From contig JAIVIY010000001.1 in NCBI GenBank assembly GCA_020200285.1, forward strand, positions 4,031-68,030: 64,000 bases of DNA, read 5' to 3'. Both the position numbers and the translations under genes were made by a program. The DNA is from Novosphingobium sp. (GTDB lineage Bacteria > Pseudomonadota > Alphaproteobacteria > Sphingomonadales > Sphingomonadaceae). The stretch's first letter is position 1. Each line of letters opens with the position of its first letter. The notes beneath the pieces are model-generated. The model did no database searches, was not told the DNA's origin, and saw only the letters and a program-made list of their open reading frames with translations. Of this stretch, positions 1 to 8,615 are shown piece by piece.

Positions 1-679
1 TCTAGGAAATAGGTGAAGTTCGAAGTCAGCCTCAGCCGCGAGACGATCGCGTAGGCCGAGATCCGGGTCGCGTCGGCTCCGGCGTTGAAGGTCAACGCGA
101 GCCGTCCGGCCTTTCCGCCGACGTCGGCGTCGATGAACCCGCGTCGCGGGATCAGCCCGCTCGCAACCGCGCGCTCGGGCGCCTGATCGGTCGAGGTCCA
201 GCGGCTGGCGTAGCCCGACAGGCCCAGTGACCAGCCGGTCGTCGAGTACTTCACCAGCGCGTTGAGCTTGCGCAAGTCCTCGTCAAGCACCCACGGCCCG
301 TCGCCCAGAGTGCTCTCAATCGCGGCGAGAAGGTCGCCCTCGCCCGCCCGCGCGCTCCCGGCGGCGAGCGCGCGGTAGTATCCGTACGAGCCCGCGGTCA
401 CTTCCGCGAACGGCGCATCGAGCCGTGAGCGGGTGGTGAAAGCCGCCGACCCGGCAGAGGCGAAATCGCCCTGCTCGGCGTGACGCGGGCGATCGGCTTG
501 TCCTCGAAGTCGGCATAGCCCACCACCCCCTCGGAGCCGCTTTCGGCGACCCCGATCTGTGGAATCGCGCGGCCGTAGACGACGATCTCATCGGCGCGCG
601 GCGCGACGGGCGGTTCTTGCGCGAGCGTGCGTGGGGCGCCAGTGAGAAGCAAGAGCGCTGCCGCCGCGCCTAGCCGCAT
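1..679 (-). pseudogene. TonB-dependent receptor, 5' part (runs off window start); most of the plug domain missing, frameshift near 482
   Basis: Signal peptide MRLGAAAALLLL and TonB-box-like EIVVYG. After KPIARV the frame changes and continues HAEQGDFASAGSAAF...GPWVLDEDLRKLN...WTSTDQAPERAVASGLI...LTSNFTYFL. The plug core expected between these segments is absent; probably an assembly lesion. Confidence 0.75.
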
Positions 680-740
680 GGTGTGCGATCCCTGCGCCAG
701 CTCGGTTCGAGTTCGACCGCAAGTCCAAGCCGGCGCGACA

Positions 741-1052
741 CTACTTCTGGCGGCTCTTGCGCGCCGCGTAGCGGCGGTCGCGTTCGGCCTTGCGCTCGGC
801 ATCGCTCGGCACAGCCTTGGCATCGGCTCGCGCGCGCTGCGCGGCTTCGGCCTTGGCCGCCTCGCGCCCCGCGAGCTTGGCGGCGCGGTTCTCCTCGGCG
901 GCAAGACGCTTGCGCTCGGCCGCCTCGACGCGCGCCTGCACGGCGGCGGGATCGGGCGGGGCCTTCGCCTTGAGCTTGGCCAGCGCTTTGTCGCGCGCCG
1001 CTGCGGCGGCGGCCTGGCGCTCGGTGAAAGTGGGGGCCTTGTAGGATACCAT
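741..1052 (-). CDS. Small basic, Ala-rich coiled-coil protein (DUF6481-like)
   Basis: 103 aa ORF with SYKAPTFTERQAAAAAARDKALAKLK and C-terminal ERKAERDRRYAARK, typical of this alphaproteobacterial family. Confidence 0.7.
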   Translation of the reverse strand: MVSYKAPTFTERQAAAAAARDKALAKLKAKAPPDPAAVQARVEAAERKRLAAEENRAAKLAGREAAKAEAAQRARADAKAVPSDAERKAERDRRYAARKSRQK

Positions 1053-1088
1053 GACAGAGCTCGCCTTAGCGCCGAAGCCGGCGCGGAT

Positions 1089-2042
1089 TCATTTCTTGAG
1101 CCCGATCTCGCGCAGCCGCTCCTGGAGGTAATCGTCGGCGGTGATCGAGACCGGGTAGCGGTCGGGGTTCTCGGCCGAGATGCACTGCGGCAGCGTCACG
1201 AAGCTGAAGTCGCTCCTCAGGTGGAGGAAGAACGGCATCGAATAGCGGCTGTGATGCGCGCGCGGGCCATCGGGGTTGCGCACCCGGTGGGTGGTCGAAG
1301 GCAGCACGTGGTTGGTCAGCCGCTGGAGCATGTCGCCGATGTTGACCACCAGCGCACCCGCGGGCGGGTCGACCCCGAGCCACTTGCCCTCGCGGGTCAG
1401 CAGCTCGAGCCCGGCCTCCTCGGCGCCGAGCAGCAGGGTGATGAGGTTGATGTCCTCGTGCGCGCCGGCGCGGATTGCGCCGCTCTCGGCGTCGGGCACC
1501 GGCGGGTAGTGGAGCAGGCGGAGCACCGAGTTGCCATCCTCGATGGCGGGATCGAACCAGTGCTCGTCGAGCCCGAGCCACACCGCGATCCGCGAGAGGA
1601 CGATCGCACCGACGCGGTCCATCTCGGCGTAGAGCTCCTCGAAGGTCTCGCGGAAGCCCTCGGGCCGCGCCGGCCAGACGTTGGGCGGCATCGACGCATC
1701 GGCGAGCGGGTGGCCGGGCGGCAGGTCGCGGCCGACGTGCCAGAACTCCTTGAGGTCGTGGAGCTTGGCGCCCTTGGCGATCTCGGTCCCGAACGGGGTG
1801 TAGCCGCGCGCGCCGGCCTGGCCTGCGATGAAATAGGAGCGCTTCTCCGCCTCGGGCAGCGCGAAGAACTGCGCGGTCAGGTCCCAGGCGCGCGCGACCA
1901 GCGCGGGATCGAGGCCGTGGTCGCGGACCAGGGCAAAGCCGAAAGTCTTGAAGCTCTCGCCCAGATCGCGCGAGAGGGTTGCGGGCGCGTCGGCGAGCGA
2001 CAGCACCGGTAACGTATCGAGGTCCATGGAATCGTCCGCCAA
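1089..2042 (-). CDS. 2-oxoglutarate/Fe(II)-dependent oxygenase, isopenicillin N synthase family
   Basis: HxD...H triad (AHEDIN...STTHRV) and RxS motif (SRYSMPFF); exact start uncertain. Confidence 0.9.
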   Translation of the reverse strand: MADDSMDLDTLPVLSLADAPATLSRDLGESFKTFGFALVRDHGLDPALVARAWDLTAQFFALPEAEKRSYFIAGQAGARGYTPFGTEIAKGAKLHDLKEFWHVGRDLPPGHPLADASMPPNVWPARPEGFRETFEELYAEMDRVGAIVLSRIAVWLGLDEHWFDPAIEDGNSVLRLLHYPPVPDAESGAIRAGAHEDINLITLLLGAEEAGLELLTREGKWLGVDPPAGALVVNIGDMLQRLTNHVLPSTTHRVRNPDGPRAHHSRYSMPFFLHLRSDFSFVTLPQCISAENPDRYPVSITADDYLQERLREIGLKK

Positions 2043-2085
2043 GCGTGTCTATAGGGCGGCCTTAGCGCGAGTGGAGAGCAAATTC

Positions 2086-2517
2086 ATGGGCAAAAGCTAT
2101 TGGCTGATGAAGTCTGAGCCCGACGTTTACGGCTGGGACCATCTCGTCGCCGAAGCCGAAGGCACCTGGGACGGGGTCCGCAACCACACCGCCGCGCTCA
2201 ACTTGCGCAGCATGAAGAAGGGCGACGAGGCGTTCTTCTACCACTCCAACATCGGGCTCGAGATCGTCGGGATCATGAAGATCAGCCAGCCGGGCCTGAC
2301 CGATCCGAGCGATCCGACCGGCAAATGGGCCGCGGTCAAGGTCAAGCCGGTGCGCAAGCTCAAGCGGCCCGTCAGCCTCAAGGAGATCAAGGCGACGCCC
2401 GCGCTCGAGGGCATGGAGCTGGTGCGCCAGTCGCGCCTCTCGGTCTCGCCGGTCCGGCCCGAGGAGTGGGCGACGATCGTTGGGGTGAGCAAGCGCAAGG
2501 CGCCGGGAACAAACTGA
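2086..2517 (+). CDS. EVE domain protein
   Basis: YWLMKSEP...WDGVRNH...FFYHS...RLSVSPV...EW; ATG at 2086 after GGAGAG. Confidence 0.9.
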   Translation: MGKSYWLMKSEPDVYGWDHLVAEAEGTWDGVRNHTAALNLRSMKKGDEAFFYHSNIGLEIVGIMKISQPGLTDPSDPTGKWAAVKVKPVRKLKRPVSLKEIKATPALEGMELVRQSRLSVSPVRPEEWATIVGVSKRKAPGTN

Positions 2518-2530
2518 CCGCAGTGGCGTA
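2506..2530 (+). promoter_or_regulatory. Putative EcfG (general stress sigma factor) promoter of csbD
   Basis: GGAAC-N16-CGTA, one mismatch to GGAAC-N16/17-CGTT, upstream of a known general-stress gene type. Confidence 0.6.
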
Positions 2531-2584
2531 TCCTATTGGGAAGACAGCGCAATTTCGCGCGAACCGGAACCGAGGAGTTACGCC

Positions 2585-2767
2585 GTGGGCGAGATGAAGG
2601 ACAAGGCCAAGGGCCTGACCAACGAAGGCGTCGGCAACACCAAGCAGGCGGTCGCCGACGCCACCAACGATCCCGCGCTCAAGCAGCGCGGCCGCGATCA
2701 GGAGCGCAAGGGCGAAGCCCAGCAGGTCGCGGGCGAGATCGAGGGCGAGTTCGGCAACGACGTCTGA
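2585..2767 (+). CDS. csbD: CsbD family general stress protein
   Basis: 60 aa, KDKAKG..NE.VG..KQAV..AT.D..L...G..QE.KG.AQ pattern; GAGGAG RBS. Confidence 0.85.
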   Translation: MGEMKDKAKGLTNEGVGNTKQAVADATNDPALKQRGRDQERKGEAQQVAGEIEGEFGNDV

Positions 2768-2793
2768 TCGTTCGTCCGAATTTGCTCGCGAAG

Positions 2794-2824
2794 GAAGGGC
2801 CGCCTCTGCCGGGGTGGCCCTTCT
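2794..2824 (+). terminator. GC-rich hairpin after csbD
   Basis: GAAGGGCCGCCTC-TGCC-GGGGTGGCCCTTC inverted repeat; short U tract. Confidence 0.55.
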
Positions 2825-2921
2825 GCATGGCGGCGCGGCAGTCGTCCCGCCATGCGACACTCGGGCAAATCTATGGTGAACGCGCTGTTAGGAATCGCCG
2901 CGCGCGCCTAGCTTGCGGACC

Positions 2922-3098
2922 ATGAACCCAGCCGTCGCCTACCGCCCCAGCGAGCCCCACCGCTTCCGCCGCACCGTGCGCTTCGCCGCGCTCAAGCGCG
3001 CCGCGCGCCGTCAGCTGGCCATCACCGCGCAGGACGTGCGCGAGTTCCTGATGGCCTATTGCGCCTGCTTCCTCGCGGTCTCGACCTTCATCGCCTGA
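2922..3098 (+). CDS. Small hypothetical protein with C-terminal hydrophobic helix
   Basis: 58 aa with host-like codon usage, ending REFLMAYCACFLAVSTFIA; overlaps the 3' end of the convergent MFS gene. Confidence 0.6.
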   Translation: MNPAVAYRPSEPHRFRRTVRFAALKRAARRQLAITAQDVREFLMAYCACFLAVSTFIA

Positions 3099-4070
3099 CT
3101 CGCGCGGCGCTCGGCGCTGAGCAGTAGGCGGCCCAGCCAGCCCGAAACCAGGCACATCGCCGCGGTGAACAGCAGCTGGTCGACCACCGCGACGCCCGCG
3201 GCCGACAGCGCCACCGCCAGCAGCGAGCCGATCACCATCGCACCCGAGTTGACGATGTTGTTGGCGGCGATGGTCCGCGCGGTCTGCGACTTGTCGACGA
3301 AGGTGGTGAGGAACGCGTAGAGCGGCACCACGAACATCCCGCCCGTCACCGCGATCCCGAGCAGCGACAGCAGCAGCGGGATCGCCAGCGGCTGGGCGAG
3401 GAACCCGGAAACGTCGAGCAGGCCCTGGTCCGGCTGCCCCGCCCAAGCGCGGCTGATGGTGTAGAACGCGACCACGAAGCCGGCCATGATGATCACCGAC
3501 CCGGTCGAATAGCGCGCCGAGACCCGGCCTTTCAGCATCGCGTTGATCGACATCGAGCCGACCGCCACCCCGATCGAGAACACCACGAGGAACAGGCTGG
3601 CGACGCCCGGTCCCGGCGAGCACTTCCTCCTTGTGCAGATGCTGCGGCAGGATCGCGTACTTGATCGGCCCGAAGAAGGTCGAGTGCACCCCCATCGCGA
3701 ACAGCGCTGCGAGCATCAAGGGAATCGCCGCCGCGCCGACCAGCAGCCCCTGCCAGGCGAGCAGCAGTCCGGCCGCGCCGACGATCATGATCGCGATCTC
3801 GCAAGCCTTGACGATGCGGATGATCCGCGCCTTGTCGCGCATGTCGGCGAGCTGCCCGGCGAGCGCCGAGAGCACGAAGAACGGGAGGATGAACAAGCCC
3901 GAGGCGATCGCGCTGAACTGCGCCTCGGCCTCTTCGGAATTGTAGACGCTGTAGACCACGTACAGCACCATCGCGTTCTTGAAGAGGTTGTCGTTGAACG
4001 CGTTGAACAGCTGGGTGACGAACAGCGGCAGGAAGCGGCGGCTGGCGACGAGGTGCGTTTGGGTGGTCAT
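3056..4070 (-). pseudogene. MFS transporter (Aas/LplT-like lysophospholipid flippase family), internal deletion and frameshift near 3606
   Basis: RRFLPLFVTQLFNAFNDNLFK and HSTFFGPIKYAILPQHL motifs. After LAGTG the protein resumes in another frame as VASLFLVVFSIGVAVGS...GGMFVVPLYAFL...ARTIAANNIVNS; the central helices are absent. Confidence 0.8.
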
Positions 4071-4189
4071 GCGCTGAGCACGCGGGCGATGAGCGAGTTC
4101 AGCATGAGCCGTGCGTAGCGAGAGACGGTTGCGACTGGCAAGCCTTAGCCACGATTTCCGGGGGCTGCCGCTCGGCCCGCAGCGACCGC

Positions 4190-5083
4190 TCAGGGGTCCG
4201 CGCGCGGTGCCGCCCGAGCCTGGAGATAGCGGTGAAGCGCATCGATTTCGGCATCGGTGAGCAAGCGCAGGTCGTCGCGCGCGACTTCCGACATCATCCC
4301 CAGCCGTCGCTCGCCGGGCGCGACCCCGGTGCGCATCAAGCGAGTGAAGGCGGCCAGGTCATAGGCGGCGGCGATAGCAAGATCGGGCGCAGGCGGAGTG
4401 GGGTTGATCCACGAGCTATTGAAATCCGCATGCGGCCGGTCTCCGCCGCTGAGATCAGGGCCGTGGCATTCCGCGCAGACCGTCGCGGCGATGTAGTGCC
4501 CGGGCGCATGTTCGGGGCTGAGGTCGGGCGGCATTCGCTCGCGGTAGAGCGGCAGCAGCTCGGGCTGGCGCGGCATGTCGCCATTGAGCACCGTGATCCG
4601 GCCCAACAGCGAAAGCCGTCTTTGCAGGTTCGGCGCGCCGCCGGCCGGAAGCCCCCGCATCCAGGCGATCAGGGCTGATACCTGCGCGTCGGTAAGGCGA
4701 GAGAACAGCGCCGAAGGCATCACCAGCAGCGGCCTGCCGTCCGGCCCCACGCCTTGGCGGATGGCGGCTGCGATTTGTTGATCGCTCCGCTTGCGGATGA
4801 GACGCGGAAGGTTGGGCGCGACGATGAAGCCGAGTCCGGCCTCGTCAAACATGCGGTTCCCGCGAAGGCCGTCCCCGTGACACGACAGGCAACCCAGGAG
4901 CCGCGCCTGGCGGGGCGCGTCGGCGACCGCCGGGGCCGGCGCGCGAACCAGGCGCTCAGGCCGAACCGGATATTTCCGGGCGAGCAGGTGCTGGCTGGCG
5001 ATCGTGATTGCGGCCGCGGCCGCGAGGGCCAGGGTCAGCACCGTCGCGGCCGTGTAGGCGGACCACCTGATCCAGCGACGCAT
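4190..5083 (-). CDS. Membrane-anchored di-heme c-type cytochrome
   Basis: N-terminal TM helix, two CxxCH motifs (CLSCH, CAECH), APNL/APDL segments and distal Met candidates. Confidence 0.85.
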   Translation of the reverse strand: MRRWIRWSAYTAATVLTLALAAAAAITIASQHLLARKYPVRPERLVRAPAPAVADAPRQARLLGCLSCHGDGLRGNRMFDEAGLGFIVAPNLPRLIRKRSDQQIAAAIRQGVGPDGRPLLVMPSALFSRLTDAQVSALIAWMRGLPAGGAPNLQRRLSLLGRITVLNGDMPRQPELLPLYRERMPPDLSPEHAPGHYIAATVCAECHGPDLSGGDRPHADFNSSWINPTPPAPDLAIAAAYDLAAFTRLMRTGVAPGERRLGMMSEVARDDLRLLTDAEIDALHRYLQARAAPRADP

Positions 5084-5327
5084 CCCACGCCTCCCGCTTG
5101 CGACCCCATTACAGCAGACCGGATGGCGGTTTTCCAGCGAGACGATGTGGGCCCTTCTGTTCGCGCTGCAGCTGCGATCAAGGCCAACCTCGCGACGAGT
5201 CGGACTCCGCGAGCGGGCAATGGCGCCACGAGCGCCGGTCCAGCGGCCTTCGGCCAGCGCCTTGCGCCGATCGGGCGCGCATTCCGAGCCTTGCCAGCGT
5301 CCCCGGGCCGGAGCACTGTCTAACGGC

Positions 5328-5981
5328 ATGGCGCAAGCGGACAAGAGCCTTGGCGGAACGGCTGCGGACAGCGCGCGCCGGGCGCGATTGCTGACGCTGC
5401 CCAACGCGCTGACGCTCTCGCGGATCGTCGCGGTGCCGCTGCTCGCGTTCCTGCTGTGGTGGCCCGATTGGGAGCTCGGCTACGGCCTCGCCTTCGCGCT
5501 CTACTGCCTGATGGGGATCACCGACTATTTCGACGGCTACCTCGCCCGGGCGAGCGGCGCGGTGTCGAAGCTTGGCCAGTTCCTCGACCCGATCGCCGAC
5601 AAGATCATGATCGCCGCGGTGATCCTGGTGCTCGCCGCGCAAGGCATCCTGCGCGGTCCCTACGTCGGCGACGCGCACGTGATCGCGGGCCTCGTCATCC
5701 TGGTCCGCGAGATCGCGGTTTCTGGCCTGCGCGAGTTCCTCAGCGACTTGCGCGTTTCGGTCCCGGTCAGCCATCTCGCCAAGTGGAAGACCACCTTCCA
5801 GCTGGTCAGCCTCGGCGCGCTGATCCTCGGCAACGCGCTGCCGCGATGGAACGTCTGGATGTTCGGGATCGAAGCCAACGTCCCCCACACCGTCGGCCTG
5901 ACCACGCTGTGGGCCGCGGCCATCCTCACGCTGGTGACCGGATGGGACTACTTGCGCGTCGGCCTCAAGCACATGGATTGA
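5328..5981 (+). CDS. pgsA: CDP-diacylglycerol--glycerol-3-phosphate 3-phosphatidyltransferase
   Basis: LPNALTLSRI, TDYFDGYLAR..G..S.LG.FLDPIADK, REIAVSGLRE, AKWKTTFQ; start either ATG 5328 or TTG 5388. Confidence 0.93.
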   Translation: MAQADKSLGGTAADSARRARLLTLPNALTLSRIVAVPLLAFLLWWPDWELGYGLAFALYCLMGITDYFDGYLARASGAVSKLGQFLDPIADKIMIAAVILVLAAQGILRGPYVGDAHVIAGLVILVREIAVSGLREFLSDLRVSVPVSHLAKWKTTFQLVSLGALILGNALPRWNVWMFGIEANVPHTVGLTTLWAAAILTLVTGWDYLRVGLKHMD

Positions 5982-6062
5982 GGGCTCGGTGAGGTCGTTC
6001 GCTTATTGTTCCGTGCCGCGACGTGCGATAAACTGCGCCCAACGTCTTCGAGCGAGGTCGAA

Positions 6063-6272
6063 ATGCCCAAGCGCATCAACGTCACCCAAGAAAGCTCCAC
6101 TGGCCGAAACACTCATTTTCATGACAATTTCACCGGGGCCGATATGACCCGTGCCGCATTCGTCCGAGAGATCAAGAGCGGCGGCTACGAGAATTATCAC
6201 GTTCGCAGGATCAATGGTGTGGACACTCCCGTGTCAAACCCTGATTCAACTCGAAATAATAACCTCGACTAG
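6063..6272 (+). CDS. Small hypothetical protein (DUF3892-like C-terminus)
   Basis: 69 aa MPKRINVTQESSTGRN...SNPDSTRNNNLD with GAGG RBS; noticeably more AT-rich than its neighbours. Confidence 0.7.
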   Translation: MPKRINVTQESSTGRNTHFHDNFTGADMTRAAFVREIKSGGYENYHVRRINGVDTPVSNPDSTRNNNLD

Positions 6273-7165
6273 CCCGCGCGCAACTCCTCCGCCAGCAATC
6301 TGAATTCGTCGCCGCGGGGCGAGTTCTTGCGCCAGACCAGCGCGATCTCGCGGCGGGCGTTGGGCGACTTCAAGGGCCGGGCGACGATCGCGGTGTCGTG
6401 GAGGATGCCGGCCTCGAGCGCCATCGCCGGGAGCATCGTCAGGCCGAGGCCGTTGTCTACCATCTGGACGAGCGTGTGCAGGCTCGTGCCGATCATCGTC
6501 GCGCTCGCCTGCAGCTCGGGCCGATTGCAGGCCGCCAGCGCGTGGTCCTTGAGGCAGTGGCCGTCCTCGAGGAGCAGCAGGCGGTTCTCGTCGATCAGCG
6601 CGGGCGAGACTTGCGCCGGCGGGTCGCGCGGGTCGTCCTTGGGGAAGGCGACGTAGAGCGCGTCGGCGAACAGCGGCTCGATCTCGACCTCGCCGGTGGC
6701 GAAGGGCAGCGCCAGCAGCACGCAGTCGGCGCGGCCGTGGTGGAGCGATTCGATCGCCGCCGCGCTCGGCTCCTCGCGCAGGAACAGTTTTAGCGACGGC
6801 CGGTCGCGCCTGAGCCGGGGCAGGATCCGGGGGAGCAAAAAAGGCGCGATCGTAGGGATCACGCTCATCCGCAACTCGCCCGTGAGCGGCTGGCCGCTCG
6901 AACGGACCAGCTCGGTCAGCTCCTCGGCCTCGCGCAGCACGCGGTGCGCCTTGGCCACGACCTTGGCGCCGAGCGGGGTGAAGCGGACCACGCGGCGGGT
7001 GCGCTCGACCAGCGTCACCCCGAGCAGCGATTCAAGCTCGCGCAGGCCCGCGGACAGCGTCGATTGCGAGACGAAGCAGCTTTCCGCCGCGCGGCCGAAG
7101 TGGCCGTGTTCGTACAACGCGACGAGGTATTGCAGTTGCTTAAGCGTGGGGTGGTAGGCAGTCAT
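6269..7165 (-). CDS. oxyR: Hydrogen peroxide-inducible LysR regulator OxyR
   Basis: LysR HTH, IPTIAPFLLP, and LLLEDGHCLKDHALAAC with both redox cysteines. Confidence 0.93.
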   Translation of the reverse strand: MTAYHPTLKQLQYLVALYEHGHFGRAAESCFVSQSTLSAGLRELESLLGVTLVERTRRVVRFTPLGAKVVAKAHRVLREAEELTELVRSSGQPLTGELRMSVIPTIAPFLLPRILPRLRRDRPSLKLFLREEPSAAAIESLHHGRADCVLLALPFATGEVEIEPLFADALYVAFPKDDPRDPPAQVSPALIDENRLLLLEDGHCLKDHALAACNRPELQASATMIGTSLHTLVQMVDNGLGLTMLPAMALEAGILHDTAIVARPLKSPNARREIALVWRKNSPRGDEFRLLAEELRAG

Positions 7166-7180
7166 TGGGTGGGCGCGGGC

Positions 7181-7283
7181 GTCGGCGCGTGGCCTTCGAC
7201 AAGCTCAGGCTGAGCGGACGTTTGTGGGCGGTTACAGCAACAACACCCGCTCATGCTGAGCCTGTCGAAGCACACGCGCCGAC
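7181..7283. repeat. Palindromic repeat family A, copy 1 (REP doublet hairpin)
   Basis: CTTCGACAAGCTCAGGCTGAGCGG...CCGCTCATGCTGAGCCTGTCGAAG with extended complementary flanks. Confidence 0.85.
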
Positions 7284-7296
7284 CCGGCCTCCCGAA

Positions 7297-8502
7297 TTAC
7301 CCCACATGCGCGACCGGCTCGTCGTCGCCGCCGATGTCGTCGATGTGCGCCATCTTGAGCTTGCCGTGAGCGACGGCGAACGCGGTCCGGCCTTCGACCA
7401 GCTCGAGCGCGTCCTTGCCGAACACTTCGTAGCGCCAGCCTTCGAGGATCTGCAGGCCCTTGCGCTGGCCGGCGGCGAGCGCCTCGAGCTCGTCGCTGCG
7501 GGCGAGCAGCCGCGCGGCGATGTCGACCTCGCGGCAGCGGATCTTGAGCAGCAGCTTCAAGAGGTCAGCGACCAGCGCGCCTTCCTTGCCCAGCGGCGCG
7601 CCGCGCGGCGCGCGCGGGGGCAGCTCGTCGTCGCGCAGCGGGGTCGCGGCGTCGAGCGCGGCCATCATCCGCCGCCCGATCTCGTTGTCGCGCCAGCCGG
7701 CCGAGAGACCGCGCACTTTGGCCAGATCGGCCTGCTCGCGCGGCGGGTGGCTGGCGATGTCGGCGATGGTCTCGTCGCGGGCGATGCGCCCGCGCGGGAT
7801 GTTCTTGTCCTTGGCCTCGACCTCGCGCCACGCCGCCAGCGCCTTCAACCGACCGAGCACCGCGGGATTGCGGCTCGGCGCGCGGATGCGCTGCCAGATC
7901 GTCTCGGGGTCGCTCCTGTAGTTGGCCGGGTCGGCGAGTTTCTCCATCTCGATATCGAGCCATTCGCCGCGCCCGGTCTTCATGAGCCGCTTGAGGATGC
8001 GCGGGAAGATCTTGGCGAGGTGGGTGACGTCGCCGATCGCGTACTCGATCTGGCGCTCGGTCAGCGGGCGGCGCGACCAGTCGGTGAACCGGGCGCCCTT
8101 GTCGATGTTCAGGCCCAGCCAGCTTTCGACAAGGTTCGAGTAGCCGATCTGCTCGGACTGGCTGATCGCCATCATCGCGATCTGCGTGTCGAAGATCGGA
8201 TGCGGGGTTCGCTGCGTCAGGTTGAAGACGATCTCGACGTCCTGCCCGCCGGCGTGGAAGACCTTGAGCACCTCCTCGTTGTCGACCAGCAGGTCGAGCA
8301 ACGGGGCGAGGTCGATGCCCGGGGCGAGCGGGTCGATCGCCGCGGCTTCCTCGGTGTCGGCGATCTGGACCAGGCACAGCTCGGGCCAGAAGGTGTTCTC
8401 GCGCATGAACTCGGTGTCGACCGCGACGAACTCGGCTTTCGCCAGGCGCTCGCACAGCGCGGCCAGCGCCGGGGTGGTGGTGATCAGCGGATGGATCTTC
8501 AT
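7297..8502 (-). CDS. rnd: Ribonuclease D
   Basis: VAVDTEFMRENTFWPELCLVQ, KVFHAGGQD, DWSRRPL..Q..YAIGDV, followed by an HRDC region. Confidence 0.95.
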   Translation of the reverse strand: MKIHPLITTTPALAALCERLAKAEFVAVDTEFMRENTFWPELCLVQIADTEEAAAIDPLAPGIDLAPLLDLLVDNEEVLKVFHAGGQDVEIVFNLTQRTPHPIFDTQIAMMAISQSEQIGYSNLVESWLGLNIDKGARFTDWSRRPLTERQIEYAIGDVTHLAKIFPRILKRLMKTGRGEWLDIEMEKLADPANYRSDPETIWQRIRAPSRNPAVLGRLKALAAWREVEAKDKNIPRGRIARDETIADIASHPPREQADLAKVRGLSAGWRDNEIGRRMMAALDAATPLRDDELPPRAPRGAPLGKEGALVADLLKLLLKIRCREVDIAARLLARSDELEALAAGQRKGLQILEGWRYEVFGKDALELVEGRTAFAVAHGKLKMAHIDDIGGDDEPVAHVG

Positions 8503-8615
8503 TCGTGATTTCGTATTGGCGGCGCGGGTGCGCGCGGGTTGACAAAGCGCGCCTCTTAGCCTGTTAGGCCGCGCCTTCCCCCTGCATGAAGCGCAGGCCT
8601 TTGGAAAGAGTTTCG

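Noticed and set aside
1089-2517. EVE protein plus 2OG-Fe(II) oxygenase as a DNA-modification or defence module
   Set aside because: The oxygenase is of the small-molecule IPNS type rather than TET/AlkB, no nuclease is fused or adjacent, and stand-alone EVE genes are common.
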